Origin: Candidatus Dormiibacterota bacterium
GTDB taxonomy: Bacteria; Chloroflexota; Dormibacteria; Aeolococcales; Aeolococcaceae
Length of the DNA stretch: 64,000 bases
NCBI GenBank assembly: GCA_963718525.1
Contig: OY970355.1
Span: forward strand, 2,336,001-2,400,000
Direction: 5' to 3'
Made by a program: the position numbers and the translations under genes. Of the stretch, positions 18,406 through 28,827 are shown one piece after another (position 1 is the first letter of the stretch; each line of letters opens with the position of its first letter). Under the pieces are notes generated by a model that searched no databases, was not told where the DNA came from, and saw only the letters and a list, made by a program, of their open reading frames with translations.

Positions 18406-18831
18406 GTGGCGTTCGAACTGGAGTCGTTTGATTACCACGGCGCGCTGGTGGTGATCGAGACCGATGCCGGTGAGATCGTGTTCATCCATCCGTCCGGCGG
18501 CGATCCGGGCGCCTCCGCGTCACTCCCCAGCAATCCGTGCGAGCCGGGAGAGCCGCCTGAGGCCGCCGCCCTTCGTATGGCGAGGGAGATGACCGGGCTC
18601 GACGTCGCAGTGGTCCGCGAATTCGTCACGTTCATTCAGCCGGGCACGCCGACGGGCACGATGCTGGCGCATGGCTACGTGGCCCGCGCCATCGGCGGGT
18701 CGCTGTTCGAGACCGGGCCCGAGGGTCCCGTGCGCGCGTATCCGATCGATGCGCTTCCATCGATCATTCCGGTCCGAGTGGCGAACCGGCGCGTGCTCGA
18801 CGCCTACCTGGAGCTGCGCGGTCGAGGCTGA
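18406..18831 (+). CDS. NUDIX-fold protein with degenerate Nudix box
   Basis: LPSNPCEPGEPPEAAALRMAREMTGL resembles GX5EX7REUXEEXGU; strong RBS GGAGGGAG. Confidence 0.7.
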   Translation: MAFELESFDYHGALVVIETDAGEIVFIHPSGGDPGASASLPSNPCEPGEPPEAAALRMAREMTGLDVAVVREFVTFIQPGTPTGTMLAHGYVARAIGGSLFETGPEGPVRAYPIDALPSIIPVRVANRRVLDAYLELRGRG

Positions 18832-18907
18832 GGGCCCGCGCCATCCAGGCGATCTCCGCCCCTATCGTGCAGGCGGATGAACTCGAGGCGATCCGCCGGC
18901 GAGGGCC

Positions 18908-20005
18908 GTGACCGCAGCAGGCTTCACGGTCTTCCTCCTGCTCGGGATCGTGATCGCGTCCTACGGACCGTCAATTCCGCATATCACCCGGCAGTTCGAT
19001 GTGAGCGTGAGTGTCGCGGGCCTGATCGTCACCGCGAACTTTCTCGGCGAGGTCGTCGGGCTCATGGCGCTGGGGCTGACCCATGCTCGATGGCGCCTCG
19101 GGCAGCGCCTCACGGTCAGCGCGTTGCTCTTTGGCGTCGGGCTGCTCGCCGCGGCGGTGGCGCCCAGTTGGGCGTTGCTGCTCCTGTCCGTCTTCGCGCT
19201 CGGCGTCGGCGCGGGGGGTCTCGTTGTGCTCATCAACCTGTACTACGCAACGAGATACGGACGCCGCAGCCCTGCGATGGTGAGCCTGGTCAACACGGCG
19301 TATGGCACGGGCACATTCATCGGGCCCGCCGCCGTCGCCGTGACACGTGGGTACGCGGGCGTGTATGCCGCTGTCGGCGTGGGTGTGCTCGCCTGCGTGG
19401 TGTTCCTCCGACGAGCTGTGGACGAAGCGGACTCCTCGGAGCTCGCACCGCCGGTGCTGAACGCGCGGACGCTGGGTCTCGTCATCGCCTTCGCGGTGTT
19501 GCTCTTTCTCTATGAGGGGCTCGAAGCCGGTATCGGAAGCTGGGAAGCGACCGACCTTGTGAGCCTCGGCTCGTCGGCACAATTCGGTGCTGCCGCAACA
19601 TCGGCGTTCTGGGGAGCGTTCACCCTCGGACGCGTGCTCACCGCGCCGCTGGCGGTGCGCTGGCCGCCGCAGCGAATCCTCGTGCCCTCGTTCGTGATCA
19701 GCACGTTGCTGCTCTTCGGCATCCGAGCGCACCTCTCGCCACCCGTGATGTTCGCCTTCGTTGGGCTCTGCGCCGCGCCGGTCTTTCCCGTCGTCCTGTC
19801 GTGGATGACCCGGGTGATCCCCAACGCTACGACCCTGGTGACCTACGCCATCCTCGGCGCTGTCATCGGCAGTGCGCTGGTTCCGGCGGCGCTAGGTGGA
19901 CTGATCGGTCTGGCGGGTGCCGTGCAACTGCCACTTGGCGTCGCCGTGTGCGCGGTGGCGTCCCTCGGCATGGTCGGCGTCATCTCGCTGCGGCTCCGGA
20001 CGTGA
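18908..20005 (+). CDS. MFS transporter (FucP/TsgA-like)
   Basis: About 12 hydrophobic helices; SYGPSIP, FLYEGLEAGIGSW, FWGAFTLGRVL. Confidence 0.85.
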   Translation: MTAAGFTVFLLLGIVIASYGPSIPHITRQFDVSVSVAGLIVTANFLGEVVGLMALGLTHARWRLGQRLTVSALLFGVGLLAAAVAPSWALLLLSVFALGVGAGGLVVLINLYYATRYGRRSPAMVSLVNTAYGTGTFIGPAAVAVTRGYAGVYAAVGVGVLACVVFLRRAVDEADSSELAPPVLNARTLGLVIAFAVLLFLYEGLEAGIGSWEATDLVSLGSSAQFGAAATSAFWGAFTLGRVLTAPLAVRWPPQRILVPSFVISTLLLFGIRAHLSPPVMFAFVGLCAAPVFPVVLSWMTRVIPNATTLVTYAILGAVIGSALVPAALGGLIGLAGAVQLPLGVAVCAVASLGMVGVISLRLRT

Positions 20006-20007
20006 GC

Positions 20008-20730
20008 TCAGGGTTCCGGCGCAGTCGCCACGACGGCGACCCAGAGAATTCGGTCGCCCTTCTGCAACGTCGCGAGTGCCGGGATGCCGTCGGTCACCTG
20101 CCCGAAGATGTCGTAGTTGCGGCCGACGCCGCTGCTGTTGCCCGTACTCATGAAGAACTGGCTGCCCATGGTTCCCGGGCTGGTGCTGTACATGGCAACC
20201 GCACCGAAGAGGTACTCACCGACGACAGCATCCGATTTCAGGGAGTAGCCCGGGCCGCCCGTGCCCGTGCTGGTGGGATCGCCGGTCAGCGCCAGCGACG
20301 CCTGCCCGGGGCACGGTGTGCCCGCGGCGTCGGGGCACACCTGGTAGAACGAGAGACCGTCGTAGAAACCCCGCTGCGCGAGGTACACGAAGTCATTGAC
20401 GGCCTTCGGGGCGAACTCCGGGCGCAACCGCATGGAGATGACGCCGCGGCTCGTCGAGATGTACGCGCAATAGCCGGTGTTGCGCTTGATCACCGCGCTC
20501 GGTGCAGCAGTGTAGTCGCGTAACGGACTGATGACGGCTGCGTGCGCGGGCGGTCCCGGACATGTCACAGCCGTCTGGATCGAAGCGAGATGCGTCGGAT
20601 TCGAGGGGGCGACTGCAGTGCTGCAACCGGTAATCACGACTCCCGCGCACGCGATCGATATCAGGTATCGAGACTTAATCAGGTATCGAGACTTAGGAAT
20701 TAGCGTGGTGAGTGATCCCTGTTGCGGCAT
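20008..20730 (-). CDS. Cyclophilin-fold lipoprotein (peptidyl-prolyl isomerase-like, catalytic residues altered)
   Basis: Lipobox ITGC; [48 protein letters not shown]; start uncertain (20730 or 20757). Confidence 0.85.
   Translation of the reverse strand: MPQQGSLTTLIPKSRYLIKSRYLISIACAGVVITGCSTAVAPSNPTHLASIQTAVTCPGPPAHAAVISPLRDYTAAPSAVIKRNTGYCAYISTSRGVISMRLRPEFAPKAVNDFVYLAQRGFYDGLSFYQVCPDAAGTPCPGQASLALTGDPTSTGTGGPGYSLKSDAVVGEYLFGAVAMYSTSPGTMGSQFFMSTGNSSGVGRNYDIFGQVTDGIPALATLQKGDRILWVAVVATAPEP
20660..20695. repeat. Perfect 18-bp tandem duplication
   Basis: ATCAGGTATCGAGACTTA x2, encoding [12 protein letters not shown] in the cyclophilin signal peptide. Confidence 0.95.
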
Positions 20731-20917
20731 TGGCGACACAGTGTATGCAGTATTCATGGATTCGCACCATGCTGTGTACTGCAGCGGACATATAGCGAGA
20801 AATCGTTGGTACGCAAGGCAACATAGAATGTTCCGAAGCTGCGATGCACTTGACTTTACTGGGCGTAGCTCGCAAGCTCCAGCACGAGGGGTCTCGTTGC
20901 TACGACGGAGGCCGGTA

Positions 20918-22573
20918 GTGGATCACGTTCGAAACCAAGACCAGAATGGAGGGCATCGACGTTGGTTCGTCGGCGCCGGATTATCATTACCGCTGGCGTT
21001 AGCGTTGTCGCAGACTCTGCCTGCGCACGCCACCGCGCCAGTACAGAGTGCGTTCACACCGGTGACACCGGTGCGCGCTCTTGACAGCCGTCTAACGGGA
21101 CAGGCTGCGTATCACCTGAGCGGGTCGAACGAGACCGACACGTGGCAGGTGACTGGTGCAAACGGCATCCCGTCGGGAGCAACAGCCATCGTGCTGAACC
21201 TCACCGTCACCAACGTCACCGCGCCGTCGTTCCTTGCGGCGTATCCAGCTGCCGCGGGATCGCCTCCGGGGGTCTCGAACATCAACACCACCCCCGGGAA
21301 GACGGTGAACAGCACCGTCGTCGTGCAGTTGAGCACGGGTGGGGCAATCGACATCTTCAACCAGGCCGGAAGCGCTGACATCATCCTCGACTACTTCGGC
21401 TACTACGCCGCCGTGACCACCACCGCCGGACCGACTGGTCCGACCGGAGCGACGGGCGCGGCTGGGCCGCAGGGCGCAGCCGGGCCGCAGGGTCCAGCCG
21501 GTGCACAGGGTGTTGCCGGAGCCGCGGGAGCACAGGGCGTTCCCGGAGATACAGGAGCGCAGGGCGTTCCCGGAGACACAGGAGCGCAGGGCGTTCCCGG
21601 AGACACAGGAGCGCAGGGCGTTCCCGGAGACACAGGAGCGCAGGGTGTTGCCGGGCCGACCGGTGATGCCGGACCGACTGGATCCGCCGGGCCGACAGGT
21701 AGTGACGGAGCTACGGGAGCACAGGGCATCGCTGGACCGACCGGCGCGTCAGGAGCTACCGGAGCGACGGGACCAATCGGGCCATCGGGTGGACCGATCG
21801 GACCTACAGGCGCGACGGGTGCTGCTGGGGCAACGGGAGCGACCGGGGCCACTGGAGCTGATGGAGCTACAGGCGCCGGCGGAGCAACGGGTGCCGCTGG
21901 ACCTGCCGGGAACACCGGAGCCACCGGAGCTGTCGGACCCACCGGATCTGTTGGACCTGCCGGAATCGCCGGACCGACCGGAGCCAGTGGTGCGACGGGC
22001 ATCGCGGGACCAACCGGGTCGACCGGGCCTGCCGGTAACACCGGAGCGACGGGCGCCGTCGGAGCTGGTGGGCCGACCGGACCTACCGGAAGCGTCGGAC
22101 CGACCGGACCAATCGGAACCACAGGAGCGGCCGGAGCCACCGGGACGACCGGAGCTGCGGGCGCAACCGGAACCGCGGGCGCGACCGGGACCACTGGAGA
22201 AACCGGACCCGCCGGCGCTAGCGGAGCGACCGGTGTTGCCGGACCGACCGGATCGGCCGGAGCCACAGGATCGACCGGTGCTGCGGGAGCGACCGGCGCG
22301 ACCGGCGCAACGGGAGCTATCGCGATCTACAGCGCCACCTCGACGCTGCTTACTAACACCCACGCGGTGGTAGGAACGGGTAACTCCGGTACGGCCGTCG
22401 CCCTCACCGGCCTTGCGGCGCCCTTTACGTCCGCGACCACTTACACCTGCTACGGGTCGGACAACGCGAGCCCGCCGGTTAGCGTGGTCTTCACCTACTC
22501 GTCGGGCGCGGCATTCACTCCGAATAGCTCAAGCCCTGGCGACGCCATCCGATTCATCTGCATCGGTAACTAA
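20918..22573 (+). CDS. Secreted collagen-like protein (signal peptide, N-terminal beta domain, about 100 Gly-X-Y triplets, small C-terminal domain)
   Basis: GGAGG RBS before GTG 20918; RRWF then hydrophobic stretch and AHA cleavage; PVRALDSR...LDYFGYY extracellular module; GPT/GAT/GAA repeats about 21428-22318. Confidence 0.9.
   Translation: MDHVRNQDQNGGHRRWFVGAGLSLPLALALSQTLPAHATAPVQSAFTPVTPVRALDSRLTGQAAYHLSGSNETDTWQVTGANGIPSGATAIVLNLTVTNVTAPSFLAAYPAAAGSPPGVSNINTTPGKTVNSTVVVQLSTGGAIDIFNQAGSADIILDYFGYYAAVTTTAGPTGPTGATGAAGPQGAAGPQGPAGAQGVAGAAGAQGVPGDTGAQGVPGDTGAQGVPGDTGAQGVPGDTGAQGVAGPTGDAGPTGSAGPTGSDGATGAQGIAGPTGASGATGATGPIGPSGGPIGPTGATGAAGATGATGATGADGATGAGGATGAAGPAGNTGATGAVGPTGSVGPAGIAGPTGASGATGIAGPTGSTGPAGNTGATGAVGAGGPTGPTGSVGPTGPIGTTGAAGATGTTGAAGATGTAGATGTTGETGPAGASGATGVAGPTGSAGATGSTGAAGATGATGATGAIAIYSATSTLLTNTHAVVGTGNSGTAVALTGLAAPFTSATTYTCYGSDNASPPVSVVFTYSSGAAFTPNSSSPGDAIRFICIGN
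21527..21646 (+). repeat. 27-bp tandem repeat, about 4.4 copies, within the collagen gene
   Basis: Unit GGAGCGCAGGGCGTTCCCGGAGACACA (GAQGVPGDT), near-identical copies. Confidence 0.93.
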
Positions 22574-22757
22574 CACGATGCACACGGTCACTTCACTGGA
22601 CTGATCGCAACGGCTCGGGTACGTCCCGCCCCTGGCACGGCGTCGTGCACAGGTGGCGGGGCGGCCCGGGCCAGCGCTCGAATATTTCGATTTGATGGAC
22701 TCCGAACTGACTGCAACGCATGACAGCTGCGGCACAGCGCCGGCGTTCCCACGGCGC

Positions 22758-23330
22758 GTGATTGCGCTGCGGAAGCACCCGCTGGCGGCACTGGCGCTCG
22801 CGCCGGTGCTCGCGGGCATCGCGGCTTGCGGGTCCTCCCCGGCGACGCCGGCACAGGCTGCGGCAACGCTCGTGACGCAGGGGCTCAAAGCGCAACTCTC
22901 GGACGATCTTGCGACCGCGGCGAGTGATTACCAGCAGGCGATTCACGTCGACGGCAGCAACATGGTCGCTCACTACGACCTCGGCACTGTGTTCGATCAG
23001 CAGCGCAGCACTGCAGCAGCTGTCACGCAGTACCAGGCCGCGCTGGTCATCAACCCCGCCTTCCCCGACGCACTTTTCAACCTTGCTGTGGACACGGCCG
23101 GCACCAATCCGCTGAGCGCCACGGTCCTGTACAGCAGGGTGGTTGCGCTGCAGCCGACGTTTGCGGCGGCATGGCTCAACCTGGGTTTCGCGCTGATGAG
23201 CCAGGGTCAGCCAGCGCAGGCGCGGGCAGACTGGGCAAAGGCAATCGCGCTCGACCCCACCCTGGCATCGCGCCTTCCCAAGGCGACACCGACGCCGTCT
23301 CCGTCGCCGACCGCTACTCCCAAGCCGTAG
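22758..23330 (+). CDS. TPR-repeat lipoprotein
   Basis: Lipobox IAAC; TPR motifs AHYDLG, ALFNLA, AWLNLG..A..DWAKAIALDP; Pro/Thr tail. Confidence 0.88.
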   Translation: MIALRKHPLAALALAPVLAGIAACGSSPATPAQAAATLVTQGLKAQLSDDLATAASDYQQAIHVDGSNMVAHYDLGTVFDQQRSTAAAVTQYQAALVINPAFPDALFNLAVDTAGTNPLSATVLYSRVVALQPTFAAAWLNLGFALMSQGQPAQARADWAKAIALDPTLASRLPKATPTPSPSPTATPKP

Positions 23331-23445
23331 CCCGGCGCGCACCGCACGGACGATCGCGTTGCCACACGCCGGATATCGACAGACGAAGACCCGCGTACGG
23401 GGTGAGCGCGCACTGATCGGGTCGATACGGCCACAACCGCGCAGC

Positions 23446-25653
23446 GTGAGCACTGCGCCCGCGGCAGTTGCCGTCACACCAAGGCGCAGACACTCCTGGT
23501 GGCATCTCGCCCCTTGGCTCTTCGTCGCGGGCGCCTGCGCATTCGGTCTGGTAACGCTCGCGGGTGAGTTGGCGGTCGTCCAGCCGGTCAACGACGAGAC
23601 GTTTCACTACGAGATGGTGCGGTGGGCCGTGCAACAGATTCAGCACGGCAATGCGCTCCCGCTCGACGGCTGGTTTCCCTATCTGAACCTCGGGGTGGCC
23701 CAGTTCTCCCATTACCAGAGCCTGCCGCACCTGGTCACCGCGTACTTCTCGCTGATCTTCGGCACCGGCACCACCGAGCGGTGGGCGGGATATCTTGTGT
23801 TCGCGCTCTTCCCGATCAGCATGTATGCCGGCAGCAGGCTGCTTGGGTGGTCGTCATGGGCCGCCGGCGGCGCCGCACTCGTGTCGCCGCTGCTGGTCAG
23901 CGTCACAGGGTACGGCTACGAGTCGTTCAGCTACACCTGGCTGGGGAACGGGCTCTGGTCGCAGGAGTGGGGCATGTTCCTGCTCCCGCTCGCATGGGGC
24001 TTCTCGTGGCGAGCGATCAACGGCACGGGGCGAGGGCTGTATGCGCTTGCGGCTCTGGCTGTCGGACTCACGATCGCCATGCATTTCCTCACCGGGTATT
24101 TCGCGCTGCTGTCGATCGGCGTCTTCGCGATCGTGGTCTGGAGAGGGCTGCTACCGCGCCTTGGACGTGCGGCACTCGTCTTCGGCGGCGCGGCCCTCGT
24201 CGCATCCTGGGTGGTGGTGCCGTTGATCACGGACGCCGCGTACTTCAATGCCAGTGAGTTCAACACCAACACGTTCTGGTTGAACTCCTGGGGTGCGCCG
24301 CAGGTGCTCGGCTGGCTGTTCACGGGTCAGATTTTCGACGCGGGCAGATTTCCGATCGTGAGCCTGCTCGTGGCTCTCGGCACCGGTGTCTGCGTGTGTC
24401 GTTTTCGCAGTGATGTTCGAGCCCGAGCGCTGCTCGGACTCCTGGCACTCAGCCTGGTGTTGTTCTCCGGGCGATCGACATTCGGGTTGATCCTGAACCT
24501 GCTGCCGGGGAACAGCGACCTGTATCTCCACCGCTACATCATGGGAGTCCAACTGTCCGGCGTGATCCTCGCCGGCGTGGGTCTCGCGTGGGCAGGTGAA
24601 CGCGTTCTTTCCCTTGTGCGCGGGTGGAAGCCGCGCGTCCGAGTGGTGCCGGTCATCGCGGGACTCATGGGTGCGGCGGTCCTGCTCACGCTGCCTGCAT
24701 GGTTCGACCGCGCCACCTACGCCGCGACGGATAACACGAGCATCTCGCTGCAGGTCGAAAATGACCAGACGGATGGGGCTGCGCTCGATGTGCTCATCAA
24801 CGACATCAACAGCCGAGGCGGCGGACGCGCGTATGCAGGCCTGCCCGGGAACTGGGGACGGCAGTACGAGATCGGTCAGGTCCCGGTGTACGAATACCTT
24901 GCGGACCACAGCGTCGACGAGTTCGGGTACGTGCTGCGCACGCCGTCGATCGTTGCCGACAATGAGGCGTACTTCAACGAACACGACCCCGCGCAGTATC
25001 AGCTCTACAACGTCCGGTACATCCTTACGCCGAGCGGGATGGCGCCCCCGGTTCCGGCAACGCTGATCGCGTCCAGCGGACGCCATCGGCTGTGGCTGGT
25101 TGCCACAACCGGATACATCCAGGTCGTCGACACTGCGGGAGTCGTCGAAGCCGACCGCACTGACATGGCCTCACAGATGCAGCCCTTCCTGCGATCGGCA
25201 GCGTTTCGATCCGGCGAGCTGGCGACGGTTGCATACGACGGAGGCGCGCCGGCGACACCGACGCTCCCCATCGATGCAGCTCCAACCACACCGGCGGGTT
25301 CCAGCACCGACGTGTTCGTCGAAACCCAGAACGGTTACTTCGCCGGTGACGTGACCGCGAACCGGACCGCGGCGGTGGTGTTGAAGGCGACATTCGATCC
25401 CCGTTGGCACGTCATCGTGGACGGGAAGCCTGCGGTGCCATACATGGTCGTGCCCGGGTTTGTCGCCGTCACCGTGGGACCCGGTCGGCACGTCGTCGTC
25501 TTCCAGTACGTCGCGTACTCGCATTACGCGTTGCTGCTCGGTATCGGCGGACTCACCCTGGCCGGCCTCGGGTTTGGCCCGTGGCTCTGGCGATCGAGGG
25601 GCCGGCGCTGGTGGTTGCGGCTCCTCGGTCAGCGGAGACGGGCACAACCGTGA
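23446..25653 (+). CDS. Polytopic GT-C-type membrane glycosyltransferase (YfhO/PTPS-related membrane protein family)
   Basis: Acidic ND-E motif after TM1 (VNDETFH), DGWFPYLNLG..QFSHYQSLPH, many TM helices, YfhO-like C-terminus (FDPRWHVIVDG..GFVAVTVGPGRHVVVFQY); start approximate. Confidence 0.75.
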   Translation: MSTAPAAVAVTPRRRHSWWHLAPWLFVAGACAFGLVTLAGELAVVQPVNDETFHYEMVRWAVQQIQHGNALPLDGWFPYLNLGVAQFSHYQSLPHLVTAYFSLIFGTGTTERWAGYLVFALFPISMYAGSRLLGWSSWAAGGAALVSPLLVSVTGYGYESFSYTWLGNGLWSQEWGMFLLPLAWGFSWRAINGTGRGLYALAALAVGLTIAMHFLTGYFALLSIGVFAIVVWRGLLPRLGRAALVFGGAALVASWVVVPLITDAAYFNASEFNTNTFWLNSWGAPQVLGWLFTGQIFDAGRFPIVSLLVALGTGVCVCRFRSDVRARALLGLLALSLVLFSGRSTFGLILNLLPGNSDLYLHRYIMGVQLSGVILAGVGLAWAGERVLSLVRGWKPRVRVVPVIAGLMGAAVLLTLPAWFDRATYAATDNTSISLQVENDQTDGAALDVLINDINSRGGGRAYAGLPGNWGRQYEIGQVPVYEYLADHSVDEFGYVLRTPSIVADNEAYFNEHDPAQYQLYNVRYILTPSGMAPPVPATLIASSGRHRLWLVATTGYIQVVDTAGVVEADRTDMASQMQPFLRSAAFRSGELATVAYDGGAPATPTLPIDAAPTTPAGSSTDVFVETQNGYFAGDVTANRTAAVVLKATFDPRWHVIVDGKPAVPYMVVPGFVAVTVGPGRHVVVFQYVAYSHYALLLGIGGLTLAGLGFGPWLWRSRGRRWWLRLLGQRRRAQP

Positions 25654-26870
25654 AGCGTCTCCTCGAACTCTCGATCCTGATGCCGTGCCTGAACGAAGCC
25701 GAGACCATCGGCAGATGCGTGGACCGTGCACGGGCTTCGATCGCGATGCTGGATCTCCTGGCGGAGGTCCTGGTCGCGGACAACGGCAGCACTGATGGTT
25801 CGCAACAGATTGCGCTTGCTCACGGAGCCAAGGTCATCACCGTCGATGAACCCGGCTACGGAGCCGCCATCCGCGGTGGTGTCGCGGCATCGTCGAGCCG
25901 GTTCATCATCATGGGCGACGCCGACGAGAGCTACGACTTCGGTGAGATTCCGCCAATCCTCGAGCGTTTGCGGTTCGGTGATGACCTGGTCATGGGCAAC
26001 CGCTTCGCGGGCGGGATCGAGAAGGGCGCCATGCCATGGTCGCATCGCTGGATCGGCAATCCGGTGCTATCGATGACCGGGAGGATCTTCTTCTCATCGA
26101 GTGTCCGCGATTTCCACTGCGGTTTGCGCGGGTTCAGCGTCGACGCGTTCCGGCGCATGCGGTTGAACACCACCGGCATGGAGTTCGCGAGCGAGATCGT
26201 CGTGAAGGCATCGCTCGCGAGCATGAAGGTCAGCGAGGTTCCGATCTCGCTGCACAAGGACGGCAGGACTCGAGCACCGCATCTGCGGACGTGGCGCGAC
26301 GGGTGGCGGCATCTCCGATTCCTGCTGCTCTTCTGCCCGCGCTGGCTGTTTCTGATCCCGGGTCTCGCACTCATGCTCGCGGGGTCGGCGATGACGCTGT
26401 GGCTCCTCGGCGGCACCCGGTATATCGGCTCGATCGGCCTTGACATCCACACCATGCTGGTCACGGGTGTCAGCGCGCTGCTTGGGTACGAGCTGGTGCT
26501 GTTCGGTGCGTTCATCAAAGTCTTCGGCATGCGGGCAGGATTCCTGCCCGCAGATCGTCGGATGGAGCAGTTCTTCAAGGTGGCGACCCTCGAGAAAGGC
26601 TTGCTCGCCGGGGCGATTCTCACGACGACGGGATCAGTGCTTGTCCTTGCCGCCGTCGTGAGCTGGGGTCGAAGCGGCTATGGCCCACTCGACACCGAGG
26701 CGTCGATGCGTCCGTTGATCGTGGCAATGCTGCTCATCGCCGCAGGTGTCCAGACCATCTTTGCCAGCTTCGTGATGAGCATGCTTGGCATCAAGGAGAC
26801 CGTTGTCAACGCATCCCCGGTAGTCATTGAGCCCCGAGAGGAGATCGCCGTCGTGGGGGTTGCGCGATGA
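25650..26870 (+). CDS. GT2 polyprenol-phosphate glycosyltransferase (DPM1-like) with C-terminal TM domain
   Basis: LSILMPCLNEA, VADNGSTDGS, GYGAA, MGDAD DxD, DFHCGLRGF, GMEFASE, TWRDGWRHL; start overlaps the upstream stop. Confidence 0.92.
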   Translation: MKRLLELSILMPCLNEAETIGRCVDRARASIAMLDLLAEVLVADNGSTDGSQQIALAHGAKVITVDEPGYGAAIRGGVAASSSRFIIMGDADESYDFGEIPPILERLRFGDDLVMGNRFAGGIEKGAMPWSHRWIGNPVLSMTGRIFFSSSVRDFHCGLRGFSVDAFRRMRLNTTGMEFASEIVVKASLASMKVSEVPISLHKDGRTRAPHLRTWRDGWRHLRFLLLFCPRWLFLIPGLALMLAGSAMTLWLLGGTRYIGSIGLDIHTMLVTGVSALLGYELVLFGAFIKVFGMRAGFLPADRRMEQFFKVATLEKGLLAGAILTTTGSVLVLAAVVSWGRSGYGPLDTEASMRPLIVAMLLIAAGVQTIFASFVMSMLGIKETVVNASPVVIEPREEIAVVGVAR

Positions 26871-27091
26871 GGCACGCGCGGCTCCCACGACGCCGGCGCT
26901 AATGCTCGCGGAGGTCGAGCGTTCCATGCACTTCGTCTCGCTGCTCAGCGTGGGGAAGCGACCGGGGCGACCATCGTGAGCGCCGGAATTGCAACGCTTC
27001 TGAGCGGAGGCTGTGCCGACGTCTGCTTTTACGCGGCGCAACAGCTCGTTCTGGCCCAGGGTGGGGCAATGCCTTCAGGCGACATCACGTC

Positions 27092-27283
27092 ATGACCGGC
27101 CGTCAATCGACCCCAAGGCAGGATCCGCTGCCCCCGGACGTCGGCTTTGGTGAGCTGATGACGAGGATGATCTCCGCCAACCGGATGGAGAGGGCAAAGC
27201 GCGACAGGAGCGACGGAGTCAGCCGCAGCCAACCGCGGGATGCGAAGGAACCGCGGGGGACTCCCGAAAACCCCACGCCCTGA
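27092..27283 (+). CDS. Possible small hypothetical protein
   Basis: 63 aa ATG-started ORF in an otherwise empty 480-bp gap; no recognisable motif. Confidence 0.3.
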   Translation: MTGRQSTPRQDPLPPDVGFGELMTRMISANRMERAKRDRSDGVSRSQPRDAKEPRGTPENPTP

Positions 27284-27353
27284 CCTTCGCCGCGTACGGC
27301 GTTGCTCACGATTTCAACAACCTGCTCGCGGCCACGCGGCTGTGACTCGGGCC

Positions 27354-28721
27354 TTAGGCTGCCCCCGCGGGAACCTTGGGCAGCTCGGCAAGCGCAGTGT
27401 CGAGCCGCTCCTGCGGAAGTTCGACGTCTTGCAGCTTGCCCGCGAAGTACGCGTCGTAGGCGCCCAGGTCGAAATGTCCGTGGCCCGAGAGGTTGAACAG
27501 GATCACGCGCGAATCGCCGGCCTCGCGCGCCGCAGCGGCCTCCTGGGCCACCGCACGAAGTGCGTGCGACGGCTCCGGCGCGGGCAGGATTCCCTCACTG
27601 CGCGCGAATCGCACGGCCTCCGCGAAGCATTCATTCTGCTTGTACGCGCGCGCTTCGATGAAGCCGTTCTTCACGAGCAGGCACAGCGACGGTGCGTCAC
27701 CGTGATACCGCAGGCCGCCGGCATGGATCGTGTCGGGAATGAAGTTGTGCCCAAGCGTGTACATGGGCACGACCGGCCCCATGCCGGCGGTGTCACCGAA
27801 GTCGTAGGCATAGAGACCGCGCGTCAGGGTGGGACATGCCGCCGGCTCAGCGGCGATGAAACGCGTCTTGGTCTTCCCGGAGATGCGGTCGGCGAGGAAC
27901 GGATAGGCCAGCCCAGCGAAGTTCGAACCCCCGCCGACGCACCCGATCACGACGTCCGGATAGGCGTCCGCCATCTCCATCTGCTTCTGGGCTTCCTGAC
28001 CGATCACGGTCTGGTGAAGCAGTACGTGGTTCACGACCGATCCGAGCGAGTAGTGGCTGTCGTCACGCGTCGCCGCGTCCTCGACCGCCTCGGAGATGGC
28101 GATCCCGAGACTCCCCGGTGACTCAGGCTCCTTGGCGAGCACGCTGCGTCCGAACACGGTCTGATCGGTCGGGGAGGGGAGGACCTTGGCGCCCCATGTC
28201 TCCATCAGGGCGCGGCGGTACGGCTTCTGCTGATACGAGACCTTGACCATGTAGACCATGACCTCGAGCCCGAAGAGACCTCCGGCGAAGGCGAGGGCGG
28301 ATCCCCACTGGCCGGCGCCCGTTTCCGTGGTCAGGCGCTTGATGCCCTCCTCGGCGTTGTAGTACGCCTGCGCGACAGCAGTGTTGGGCTTGTGCGAGCC
28401 CGCGGGCGATGTCCCTTCGTACTTGTAGAAGATTCTCGCAGGGGTGTCGAGCGCCTTTTCCAGACGGCTGGCGCGGTAGAGAGGGGTGGGGCGCCACAAC
28501 TTGTAGATGTCCCGGACTCGATCGGGGATCTCGATCCAGCGCTCGGTGGACACTTCCTGGCCGATGATCGCCATCGGAAAGATGGGTGTCAGATCTGGAG
28601 GCGTCAGTGGCTCGAGCGTCCTCGGGCTGAGGAAGGCACCGAGCGGCTCAGGGACGTCGGCCAGGATGTTGTACCAGTGCGACGGCAGCTCGTCTTCCGC
28701 CAGCAAGAACTTCGTCGTCAT
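27354..28721 (-). CDS. trpB2: TrpB-like PLP enzyme (tryptophan synthase beta chain 2)
   Basis: [27 protein letters not shown] lysine, [34 protein letters not shown]. Confidence 0.95.
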   Translation of the reverse strand: MTTKFLLAEDELPSHWYNILADVPEPLGAFLSPRTLEPLTPPDLTPIFPMAIIGQEVSTERWIEIPDRVRDIYKLWRPTPLYRASRLEKALDTPARIFYKYEGTSPAGSHKPNTAVAQAYYNAEEGIKRLTTETGAGQWGSALAFAGGLFGLEVMVYMVKVSYQQKPYRRALMETWGAKVLPSPTDQTVFGRSVLAKEPESPGSLGIAISEAVEDAATRDDSHYSLGSVVNHVLLHQTVIGQEAQKQMEMADAYPDVVIGCVGGGSNFAGLAYPFLADRISGKTKTRFIAAEPAACPTLTRGLYAYDFGDTAGMGPVVPMYTLGHNFIPDTIHAGGLRYHGDAPSLCLLVKNGFIEARAYKQNECFAEAVRFARSEGILPAPEPSHALRAVAQEAAAAREAGDSRVILFNLSGHGHFDLGAYDAYFAGKLQDVELPQERLDTALAELPKVPAGAA

Positions 28722-28827
28722 CCGTGCCACCTCTGCCAATCGCTCTGACGCGTGCACGGAGGATACGCCGCGTATGGCGGGGAGTCATAGCGGGCGCATC
28801 CTGCACCGCCGACCCTATCCTTGCCCG

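Noticed and set aside
21527-21646. Possible CRISPR array
   Set aside because: Head-to-tail repeats without spacers, in frame within a CDS; no cas genes
21403-22373. Alternative repetitive ORFs (PVAPVGP.., PETQERRAF..)
   Set aside because: Other frames of the collagen Gly-X-Y repeat
27230-27290. GGAACCGCGGGGGACTCCCG resembling part of a c-di-AMP (ydaO) riboswitch
   Set aside because: The other conserved elements are absent and no suitably oriented downstream gene exists; an Infernal/Rfam scan would settle it
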